Assembly: GCA_020137815.1 (NCBI GenBank)
Contig: CM035351.1
Location: 2,728,001 to 2,792,000 of the forward strand
Length of the DNA: 64,000 nt
Reading direction: 5' to 3'
From: Hormiphora californensis
Lineage: Eukaryota; Animalia; Ctenophora
This document shows, in pieces, positions 24,018 to 36,200 of the stretch. Position 1 is the first letter of the stretch. Each line of letters begins with the position of its first letter. Under the pieces are notes generated by a model. That model did no database searches, had not been told where the DNA came from, and saw only the letters and a list, made by a program, of their open reading frames with translations. Both the position numbers and the translations under genes were made by a program.

Positions 24018-27000
24018 ATGCGCCCATTTCTCTTCATCCTGATCCTTCTGTCCGTAGGTACAGTTACCTTAGTTACCTAGTTACCTTAGTAACCAACATA
24101 GGTACAGTACAAACTAAATTATATAATCTGATGCATATGATTTTATAGTTATCTCTGCACAACTCTACCGTTCGATTTCTGAGTTTCATCTCCATTATAA
24201 CACACAGGGTGTTCCCCGTTGAGCAAACGACTGGACTGTTCGGGTGTAGAGAGTGTCTTTGATAGAGTTAAAGACAGCCTCCGATCATCCCCTATGTACC
24301 AAACCTTCAGAGGTATATAATCATCATGACCAGCCATTTAGAAATATATTTCAAGTTGTCATTATTCATCACAGCACACCTAACCTTATACTGATTGATG
24401 TTTGATAAAATCTAATTAAAACTGTTTCAACATACCAAAATTAACGGTTTAACAGTAAAATAATTGGCACATATATAGTAACTTTACAAAATACCTTCAC
24501 AGATAACAACGGGGGTATTTGTTATCGAGACAGCAACACGACAAAGTTTGTCCCTACGTGTTGTTCATTTGACCGAGAGATGGCCCTAGCCCTCACCTCT
24601 TCTACCCTCTTCAGAACGTGCGTTTTAAATTGACGGCTTGCTAATTAACCCTCATAATATTTTATCCTTTGATCTAAATTTGCACTTATTATGCCGGCTC
24701 TAATTATGTCTAATATTCTAAAACATTCAGGTACCTTTTCACGGACACGCTGCAGGATTACAAGTACGCCCTCGAGAATCTCAAAGAGCTGTACCTCGAA
24801 CGGCTTCATGATCTTCTAGGTGACAAAATAGGTAAGCTAATAAAGTACATATTTGTAAGTAGATAACATCTGACTGACCAGAAGGCAGAAGCAATCGAGT
24901 CTTCATGAAGAAGAGGGGTAGATATGGTTCCTCAAGCGTATTGCCATATTACAAAAGCTTAGTTTTAGCGGACCTATTATGTAAGTTACACTGTAGCCTC
25001 TCTCTCCGGTATCAGGGGAGTTCGTCAGGGCCCGGTTACAGAAAACAGGCTACGCAGGATTGAGAAGCAGCTACAGGGACACAATGAGGGAGCAGTTACG
25101 ATTGCTGCTCGAGGAGAAGGAACAGCAGAAATTTGACGGCGCAAGAGTGCCTCTCATTTCAGGTACAATCCCCCCCCCCCCCCCGTGTTCAACAAGCAAT
25201 CGACATAATCGTGTTGCAATTTACTAGGGGATTGTGCTTCCCAGCAATTCCCTACAATCCGAGTATATTGCAATACCTGCGTACAGTGATCCACATACAA
25301 CACGTTCTACACCACATGTACCAACCCAAAAAACAATCTTTATAACTCTACCTCTTTCTTCAGATAGATGTCTTCAGACTGCAGAAAACTATATTGACAA
25401 GTTTAAAAGGAAACTCGAGGTCTACTTGACAGACTTGTTAGCTCTTGAAAACGGCGTTTCACTTGCCGGAAAACTGTTAGATTCCCTTCAAGTATGTATC
25501 CTCCGTCCAGGATTGATTTAACCAATTTATATTTTAAATTAGGTAAAATGTAAATCTCAGTAATTGTTGGGATGGGCGAAGCAAGAAAAATAGTCAGGCA
25601 TGCAGCTTATTAAACGTACTATCCCTTTGCTTAGCTAGATTGTGTTTCGTGCGCCCCGCTCGCGAAACACAAATGTAAAGAAGGGTTAGAACATAACAAC
25701 TATCCCTCCAGTTCCAGAAAGTATCCCCAAAGTGTGTGGACGCTGTGGCCCGGTCCTCAGTCATGACGATAGGGTGCAGTCAGTGTCACATGGAGACTGC
25801 CAAGTTCAAAGCTTGCAGATCACTGTGTGTCAATGTCGTTAACGGGTGTATGAAACCCCTTTTAGATTTTCTGGTAAGTTTTGGAATAACTTTGAATTGG
25901 TGCAACAGCATTTTTGCAGTTGATGCCGCCTGTTTCATGTCTGTTTCCAGATATTGACAGCCATTTTCCTAAACCGTGTATTTTCACACCTGTACGTCTG
26001 GATCAATGTTTTAGTACTGCACACGCACTGACACTTCTATGGCTTCACTACATGCAGCTTGTATTTTATATTTTCAGCCTACCTGGTTTACCTGGCAAGA
26101 AATTATGGATCACTTAGATTTCGAATTCTCCTTAAAACAAAAAGAGTTAACCGATGAGAACGTGAGGAAACAGCTCATGGATAGCTTTATATTGGATTAC
26201 AAGAATCTTCAGATGAACTGTTACGTGGACAGGAATCGATCCCTCAGCTATGATGAAGATCGAGCGCCCAGAAAATATTCTAGGGTAAGGAGGAGAATTA
26301 GCTACTGTAATTATGCTTACATTAGAAGATACCCCGAACAGCTAATATTCTCTTATCAAATATATACACACGCAGCGTGGAATAAAATAAACGTATAACC
26401 ATTATCAAATTGAGCTGTCAAACACACGTACAAACAAACAAACAACACACGTACATACATACTTTAGGTGCCTTGTTCGTACATACTTGTTCGACCCTCT
26501 CCATGCCCCACGTAACATAACAACAACACTTATTAGGTGTCGGAGATGGGTGATCCGGCGACCCCTAAATACAAAGACATGTTCCGGGGTATGTTCAACG
26601 ATCTCCAGGACCACTTTTGCAGCGGCCTAGATTTCTCTAGTGAGGATGATGTAGGGCCATGCTTCAATGGATCCCATGTTGCCCCCTACCTTCATAATCC
26701 AACTAGCTTTACAGAGGTGAGGGTCTTATTATCATGGTTATATTTAATTAGTTTCTAATTAATAATTAACAAATAATTATCATGTACACTCCCATTGCAG
26801 TTAAGTCAGATGGGGAACCCTGAAGTATCAGATAGTAGCTACCTTCACCATACCGCGAGAGATGTCCAGCAGCGGATAGACGCTTTTAATTCTAAATTTA
26901 TCTACCGAATTGGTACGTTTCCAATTAGACACACGTGTGTACTGTGCCTTTAGTTATAGTAGTGCAGATACACATGGTATTTAGCTTACCGCATGTCAAC

Positions 27001-27408
27001 CAAATTTACTGTCTACTGATACACATCAAGTGCAGCGACACGTGAGATACGTTTGTCAGAAAAACTTTGTCTCGACCCACACATATTACCAAGTCCCCCT
27101 AATCCTGATCCTAGAAAACTAAAAGTTATCTTTGCCAATATTCAGGGGTTGGTTGTCTAACCTAGACCCATTACCGCCCCATAACTTCCCTTTCTATAAC
27201 AGGTGAGGAAGAATCATCGACGGAGGTGCCAAGAAGACCAAACCCGGGAGATTTCACAACGGAGGAACCCCGGGGAAACTTCTCAACGGGAGGAGCACCA
27301 TCCGATCAGAATAAATGTATGACAACCCAGATCTCCTTCGCTCTCCTTCTCTTTCTCCTGTCACCGACTATTATAGTGAACCATGTGTACTGGGACACGT
27401 GGGTCTAA
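24018..27408 (+). CDS. Glypican-family protein, ~11 exons
   Basis: Signal peptide MRPFLFILILLSVG; ICY...PTCC; CSQC...ACRSLCVNVVNGC; CFNG (CWNG motif); NPEV; hydrophobic GPI-signal-like tail. Phase near 24970-25010 is unresolved. Confidence 0.85.
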
Positions 27409-28648
27409 TCGCCGCTCTGGAAGCATTCTATGAACATCACCTCTATTGTTGGGAAACGGCAGTTCAATACATTTGGTTAATTAATTAGGACTTTTTTCAT
27501 TTAATTATTGTTTATCCTACAAATCGGACTCGGTTGTATGATACTTTAGTTTGTTTGTTCGAGTGGGTTCTCAAAATCTCAGACACTCAAATATAAATTG
27601 CAACGTGACAGAGGTGGCTCGTGAGGGAATAATTATGTTTTTGTTAATTTAAGAGTGTTTTAAATATAATATATATTCTGTTACTCAGGTTTAATATATA
27701 TAATGACCCCGCTACCCGCCATGAGCTGCGTGCGGTGCGTGTGCATGTGCACAACAGGAGCTCGTTCCACTGTGTAAACATTTCAGACTTTAGAGATACG
27801 GCTTTTCCTTGTTTTTCCAACCACATCACAATCATGTGAGGGGGGGTCATGTTGGACGGGAGAAGGACGGAGAAGGATGTTGGGAGAGAAAGAAAAAAGG
27901 GCTGAGAGAGAGTGAGATAGAGAAAATAACATAGGGCTGAAGGAGAAAGAGAAAGGAGAGGATAGTGTGTGTGTGAGAGAGAGAGAGAGAGAGTGTGTCA
28001 GATAGAGAGAGAGGGGGATAGTCAGTGAGATATAAGAAACCGACACATGGGGGTCGGGAGCAAGTGGTGCGTGTCACGCGACGTATGGCGAAACAGAGTG
28101 AGAGGAAATTGACACGCAGCAGCTCTGTTCTGCATCCGGTCCTAGTCATGTCAAGGGGCAATGTTTATCTAACGACTAGTTTTACACTTGCGTGCGTGTG
28201 AGACCAGTGCCATGACGGTGTGGTCGAGCCTTTAATTGTGATGTACCGCACAACACAATGATTGTTAATTTTAGTGGCAACAACTAACAATAATAGTCTC
28301 AACAAGTTGTATTTGTTTGTCTGTTTTAGTATTCTGGAAGCTATTGAGGGCGGCTACCTACTACTATCGGGGCACTGTATTAGTGGAGGGACGACATGTG
28401 TTACACTGTACCCTTTGTTCCTCACGCAAAGTGCCGCACATCGTCCTCCAAAAACTCTCTCTCACCTTTTTCTCGCTGCTTGAAAATCTAATAGAGCTGT
28501 TGAGCTACTAGTGCAGCAGGAGGTGCTGCTGCACGCAGTATATATTTCTATGGGTGCGTTCGCCAGGAAAACCCAATTTAAACCTTCCTCCAGCTTTTGC
28601 TGCTCCTTCTTCTGCGTGTTCAGTACCTTCCCTAGGAAGCACACGCAC

Positions 28649-28650
<2 letters not shown>

Positions 28651-28739
<89 letters not shown>
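28651..28739. repeat. (GA)n microsatellite
   Basis: Direct reading. Confidence 0.95.
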
Positions 28740-28742
<3 letters not shown>

Positions 28743-29034
28743 CATGTGTGAGATCGGTCAGCTCCCCTAATTTTTCATTAGCCCAACCCAACCAAACACC
28801 GTACTGCTGCAGCTGTATTGCCCTAGCCAACAGTTGCATTCGTAGAGTATTATGTGGCCTAAATATTCTTCACCTTTCTTAATTCGACCTATCAACTGCA
28901 GTAGACTATAGCCTTTCTGACACATCTCTTACATATTCTTGTTTTTGATAAGCTTGCTCGTTTTCCCCCGATTTTAACAAAAGTTTCTTACTGTTATAGA
29001 GTTTGTATTCGCGGATGGTGTAACTGCTTCCGTG

Positions 29035-32000
29035 ATGCATTTCTCGGTGGTGTTAGGGGTGCTCCTTTTAGGGGCATTCAGCCAGGATTTAAAAAGGTAC
29101 ATATAGTATAGGGGCATTCAGCCAGGTATCCTGAGGTACACAATATACTGCGACACCGCGTTGTATTGTGGTTTGTTGGGTGCTAAAATGTCGTATAGAA
29201 TCATAGAAAATGTCCGAAGTTGTATAGCCAAGTGGACTGGGGCTAAGTTAATGCAGACTTAAACTGTTATTTATCCCTGCAGGCAACACGGATTAGACGG
29301 CAGTGTCAAGTTCGTGGTATCGTCAGAGTCGATCGCAAGTAAGTCTTACCAGTCACGCTTGCATAACTATGACACATTCAACTCTCACTAAATCTGACCT
29401 CGGTATAGATTCATTTGATATTTAACTTTGAATTCCTTTACAGATTGCCGATATATTTTGTATCTTGAACCCAAGACTTATGAAGAAGCTGCAGAGACCT
29501 GTGCTAAGCTCCAAGATCGGGACTCACCCACAGGGCGGGGGCAGATCGCAGTTGCTGATAGCAAAACTAAGAACTCCGATCTCACGGGGCTCTTACAGCA
29601 TGCTTTCGGATATAAACTAAAGGTAGGTTCAATGAGATAAACAAAGACATATACACAAAGACACAGAAACTTACAACTGACAAAGAGAGACGGTAACGGA
29701 CAACTGCGACCCATTCCTATACGACAAACCTGGGACAAACCTATTACTGATTACGGAGATACGGACAAACGACAACGACAACGACACCCATTTTATATCG
29801 GTCCCTACATAGTCTTCTTCCCTTTTTGTTTAGAAAATCGACGGATCCGGATCTGGGGATCGCCAAAAGTATAAGCCTGACCGCCGGGTAAAAACCTCAC
29901 CCAACCTCATGATCACAAATAATTATACCCGCATGAAGAAATTATTTTCATATTGTTTGCATGGTTTTGAATGAGAGAGTCTTTGTTTCACAGTGTGCAG
30001 GTTTCATCCAATATATATTATGTGTGTTTTGCATGCGGCCCTCGCATGGTAGCTACACATCCGCTGTGCATGACACAGGAAGCTACTGCACTTTTCAGGC
30101 ATCACAATTTATCCCCCCTCTCCATCCAGGTCTCTTATGCCCGTAAAACTGACTGGGTATGGCTCGGCCAGACCCTGAAGGACGGTGCCTGGAGGGATCA
30201 CAGTGGGCAGGAAGTCAGGTATTCAAGCTGGGAGCCTGGTCAACCTGATAGTAGGAGTAGCAATGGGAAGTACCAGACCTCAATCAGGCTAGGAAAACAT
30301 GGACAGTGGGATGATACTTTTGATGATAAAAAACATCCGTTCATCTGTACTCACACAGGTTTGATAAGAGTTTGATTAGAGACAACTAATTGCAATTGGA
30401 ATGCTAAAGAGTAAAGTGTATTTTCGTTATACTTCGGACATGTTTCATCCTCTAACTTCACTCCCCCTCTCTCCCAGAGCATTTCATCTACTCTGACACT
30501 AAGGTCACCTGGAGTGAAGCCATCAACTACTGTGACTTTGGAGGCATGACCCTGGCCCATGATTTGAATCCCAGCGAGAACGTCGCCATTGTAAAACTAG
30601 CCCGAGAGAAGTCTCCGCTTGATGATCTGGGTGTTGCCCATCCCTACCTAAACAGGAACTGGGCCTGGATCGGTGCCAGTGATAACTATACTGAGGGAGC
30701 GTGGAGGTGGACAAAGGGCAGCAAGATCTACTACAATAACTGGGAGAAATCACAGCCAGACAACTACGAACAAGGTATGACTTAGGCTTTTTAGCTTTCA
30801 TGAAATCATCCCTTTATCCTTCTATAGCCTATATATTGTCTATTGAAGTGCATTGTATTATACAAGTAAAGTGAACCCCTGGCATTAACCACCTTTTCTT
30901 TTTAGATTATATCAGGGCATTAACCACCTTTTCTTCTTAGATTATATCAGGGGATTAACCACCTTTTCTTCTTAGATTATATCAGGGGAGTGAATACCAC
31001 TGGACAGCATTTTGCTTCCATCAGCAAGCTGACCGGTGGCTGGGACGATAGCTTCGGAACCCGAAGTGTAAGTGAATCCACAAGTATCTATCATCTTGAT
31101 CTGACGTTGTTTAGTTTGACCCTTCACTCCAAAGGATACAAACTATCACAGTTCAGAAGTTCTAACAATTCCCCTATTACATCACTACATCAGCGAGAGT
31201 ACGTGTGTATGTGTGAGGAGAATGCTTTCGTTATGCCCGAGATTGAAGAGGAGATGCAGGATATGCTCGAGAACCACACCGCCATCTGGGAGGAAAAGAA
31301 ACAGGCCATGGCCAATTCTGCCTCGGATAAAAGTGAAAACCTTCCCCCACCGGAGTGTGCTGGTAAGTGAAAGAAATAGGAAATTTACCCTTTGAAAGTG
31401 AACAACCAATTATTAACACGCTTTTTCCACAGTGACCAAGTACTTTGCATTTGCGGATAAGGTGACGTGGGCTGATGCTAAATCGAGGTGTGAGGCGAGG
31501 CAGATGACTCTCGCCAAGATCAGCTCCCTGAGAGACAACTTTGATGCTACTCAAGCTGTCAACAAGTTTCGCTCCGGTTACTATGAGCGGCATGACCCAA
31601 TACTTACAGTGATGGGAACTGGGTGAGTGGTTTAGTTTGTGCAAGTCTGTAATCGGGCTGACCATTGGTCAGGAATTGCTCCGCCAGAGTGCCAGACAAG
31701 ACAGCTCGTTTAACTCATCTCTATATTTTATCAGTTCTGGATTGGACTGACCGACATTCAAAAGGAGGGCAAATTCAAATGGACGGATGGTAGCGATGTG
31801 GACTATGCCAACTGGGGAATCAACCAGCCGGACAACCTTCGAGTCTCTGACTACAGTTCCCGTGGTCAGCACTTTGTAGCGGTCCACAAGCTCCTCCGGT
31901 ACTGGGACGATAGTGACGGCCAGAAGAAGCTGGCCTTCCTCTGTGAGTGTCCTGGGTGGGAGTCAGAGGAAGATATGGAACCCACTGGAACACCCGAGAC

Positions 32001-32742
32001 CCCCGAGGATGGAGTACGGTCAGCTGCTGTTCAGGCTGCTCCCCAGGCCAAGGGAAAACGGTTCATTTACTACCCAGTTGCATCTTCTTTCTGGAAGGCC
32101 CAGAGTAGGTGTGTAAACTCGGGAGACAATCTGGCGTGCCCATCTAATGCCCGGCAAAACGAATTTATCGCTAATCTCATTCGGGGAAACACTTGGCTTG
32201 GTGTACTTGACTTCATGGAGGGTCAGTGGAAGTGTTCTAGTTCGGAGGAGTTAACTTACACCAACTGGGGCCTCAACCAACCCGACAACAAGGTATTTGA
32301 GTCATGTGACGGTCTATCTATGAGTTCAACAGTTTTATCTCTCTCCATAACTCCAAACGGTTTAAGGAGGGACATCGAACGTCTAAACATAATTAATTAC
32401 CTCTAATCACAGGATGGTATGTACGGTAGGAAGGATGCCGACTTTGCAGTAATGAGACACAAGATTGGGTCAGATGAACATGGTGCCTGGTTTGATCAGG
32501 GATCCATGACCAACCTCGATGATTATAGCTTCGATTTTGTATGCGAGTCAGGTACATATAACCAACTTGATCTACCGAACCGTCATAATAAAATGTGGTG
32601 TAGCAACAATCCTAAACTAATTCCGACGGAGAGTTCTTTGTTTCATTTAGATGATCATTTCTTATCTGACTCAATTTTTGTTTCAGAGTGTATGGTAGGA
32701 GAAGAGGGATGTATTCCTAACGACCCCTCTAAAGCGGAGTAA
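29035..32742 (+). CDS. Secreted protein with four tandem C-type lectin domains (11 exons); either a short isoform or the 5' part of the giant gene
   Basis: Signal peptide MHFSVVLGVLLLGAFSQ; WLG/WIG motifs; QPD in all four domains; WDD in three, WFD in the fourth. Exon phases are consistent. Confidence 0.9.
30881..30986 (+). repeat. 35-bp tandem triplication of a 3' splice site
   Basis: ggcattaaccaccttttctt(t/c)ttagattatatcag x3. Confidence 0.9.
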
Positions 32743-33208
32743 GTGTTCCCATGACAACGAACTATCACCATGACGACGAACTGTCACCATGACGACGAAC
32801 AGATGACAACACTGACAAACAAACAAACAGACACTGAAACAAAGACAGTTATTTTAGGACATGACGGGGTGTGAATGGGAATTTTTAGCACTTACTAAAC
32901 TCTTTATGTTTTTTGTATTTTCTAACCGATGTAAATATATTATCAACTTGCCAACAGTTGACAAGCGTGTGTGACATTTGTAAACAATAACAAAATGACT
33001 CTAACAAGACGCATAAAACTACCGAACTTATGGTAACAAGGCTGATCGAGTGACCTCATTCCACGGACGGATTACTGAATCTCTCAACTGACAACTTGAT
33101 CGAGTCTATTTCTAGAAACAACCAAACCTACCACATTTAGCAACAACCATACAGTATTACACCATCAAAACAACAACAGATAGCCTAATAACTTGCCACG
33201 TTACGCAG

Positions 33209-36200
33209 GAGGTTTGAGGGAGTAACAGGACTAAGGGGACCGGGGTACACCACCTACCTGAGTTACCTAGCGGGAGGTGGACGGCGGGTGGTCCGACGGG
33301 ACTTGGATAACGGGCAGGACCTGAGGGAGAGTCCCATTGGTGAGGGTGCCAGGGTTGTGGCAGCAGACAGCAGGTCTGTCTACCTTCACAGTGGACAACA
33401 CTGTCATCAGAAAACCCATCGCACGAGCAGGTAAGTGTAAAAGCAGCTGAGGTGTACTCACTGAATAGCTTTGGTAAAGTCTGACCAAATGGCCATCGCA
33501 TTATATGCCTTATTAGGTTACTCGGAGCGATTATATACAGTACCGGACGCTAAGGCCGTCACTGTGTGTCCAAAGACACGAATGATGTTTTACGTTTCCC
33601 GGGAGGGGAAGCTGAATCGAATGACTCTAGCGGAGAAAAACGAAGAAACCATCTTCACCGATATCTCTGATGCTGATAAGATCATCCTTGATTCCTGGAA
33701 AGGGTAGGAATACATCCTATTTTTGGGGTAGCTAATGCGTACCAATTCTCATACCCTACCGGAGTATTAGACGTTATAGTCCAACCTTGAACTTATCATA
33801 ATCCAGTGATCTCTCTCTTTTCTTGGTTTGGTAACGTCTCTTTATATTTTAGTCGAGTGATATGGAGTTACGGTAAGGGAGCCAACAGGAAATTAGCGTA
33901 TGGCAATGTTGACGGTAGCCCTGTTGCCGAAGACAAGCCCTTCTACTCATACAGTGTGGGAGAATTCACTTCGTGGTGCTATGACCCCATCCGACGAGTC
34001 ATCTACTTCTACTCTGTACGTACAAAAGTTAACGAGGGGTTTGGTGCGGTGGCGAAATGCGGAGCGTTGGTGGTGTTAGCGTTTGGTCTGACAACATTTT
34101 ATTCGTTGTTCATCATTTTGTGAATTTAGCATGTAATCTTTAATTGCATTTTAGCCGAGCCGAGGACAAGTACTGAGCATCAATGCGTTCACTGCTGCAA
34201 GTGATCCTCAGCCTCGCGAAGTCATGGCTCTAGCGGCTGCTGATAAACCCGTCTCGCTCTTTTACAACAAAGGTACGGTGATAAAATCAGATGAACAACA
34301 AGTTTATTGGCCTCCCAGTAACTAATCCTGGATAAGTTAACCACCGGAGTAGATTCTCCCCTCTTCATAGTAACAGCCTCGTAACCTCTGAATGTATATT
34401 CTAGGTCGCCTGTACTACACTAAAGAAGGCTCCCTCCGATACCGAGTCCTCTCATCTGGTGTGGACTCCTTCCTCCTTGCCGATAAGGACATCTCAGATG
34501 TATCTGTGGTCCAGGGTTCCAGGCCATTCGCCCGAGAACCCCGGGAGTACATGGTGGTGGGAACACGAGATGGCATGACTGCCGCACCCCTCCTTGCTCC
34601 CTCTCAACAGACCCTGGCACTACCTGCAAAGGGGCGATGGCACCAGGTGGATGCTCGACAAGGATTTGTCTACTACGAACGGGGAAATGCCATCTACAGG
34701 AGGTCTCTGAACGAAAAGGCCGGAGAAGAGACGAGAATTGTTGGCTCGAACAGTATCGGTGATTTCTATCTGGATACTGCCTCGCAGAAAATCTATATCT
34801 TGGATAATGAGCTACAGGAGATCTATAGGTTCAACTTGAATAACCAGGAGGCAGGACTTATCAAGGTTTACACTGGACTTAGACCTCCACGACGCATGAC
34901 TGTCAATGATAGGTGAGTACATTACCCGTCCACATATGATGATATCTCCTTCCGGCTTCCATCAAGGTGGTCAAAGGGAAAAACAATGATTTAATTGTTT
35001 TGTTAAACTGTTTTTGTTGGTAGGTTTGTATACTGGACGGAGGGAAGTGGCAAGAAAGCAAGGCTGATGTTGGGTGATATGGAAAATAAAAACTACAAGA
35101 TCCTTGTTTCTTCCCCACTCATTGATGAACCTGAGCTCCTTGCGTTCTCCGAAACCGACGGATATCTATATTTCACTGACAAGGCTAATGAGAAAACTGT
35201 AAAACGAGTCAAACCTTCGAACGGTGAGTGGGTCCAAAAGAACATGGGGTGTGGCTGATAAATTAAACCTGAATTCAAAATTTTAAGTGGTCAAAGACTA
35301 ATAAATTAACTAATCTGGATTCACAATTACAGGCTTGTTGAGAACTGTTGAAAATACATCTGCCAAGGTTGTGAGTTTGGTTGCCAGGGGTGATGCCGTC
35401 TACTGGACTCTCGAGAATGGGGAAGTTTACAAATATGATCCCATCCTAAGGGAGAGTGTTCTTTTCAGGTAAAATCTTACACCCTTCATACCCGGGTACT
35501 TTTTATAAGTACATAATGGTCAAATATCAGTCAGTGTAGGTGAAAGTTCCAGGGCCAGATAGAATTGAATCCCTTGTTATAACGTTTAATTAAAACAATC
35601 CTCCTCTAGAGAGTTTGAGGAGCCCCCGATGGGACTGGAGGTATACCAATCCACCAATCCTCCCCGACCTGCCCCCATGGTCCTGCTGAATGACTTCACT
35701 ACTGTAACAGCCATGGATGTATCCAACCCCTCCCGAACCTTGCCCGTGGGTGGTTCCATGGTCCAGAAAGCTGTGGTATACCCCTCAAGAAACCCTTCAC
35801 TTTACTTTATTAAGGGAAACAGACTGTTCCGAAGGCAATTGTGTAAGTAGAAATTGGGTGATATTGTAATATCACAATTCGTTTCATTTTTTTCGGTTAG
35901 GTTTATTTCAGTTTATTACAGTAAGGTATAAACAAAACATTGTTTTCCTCAGATTCCCCACTGGACCCACCTACTCAAGTTTCTGATCTTCATGTTATTG
36001 ACATTGCTCTCATCGGGGACAAACTCTACCTGTTGACTGCTCGTGAGGTCTCTCAGATGGATCCTAGGACAGGAGTTGTGAAAGTTCTTTACAGCCAGAT
36101 CAACCGTCCTGGATTCCTTGCTGTTAACCCATTCAATAAGTAAGTTACCATGGTTACCAATCCAGTATACCATAGTAAACCATAGTTACCGATACAACTA

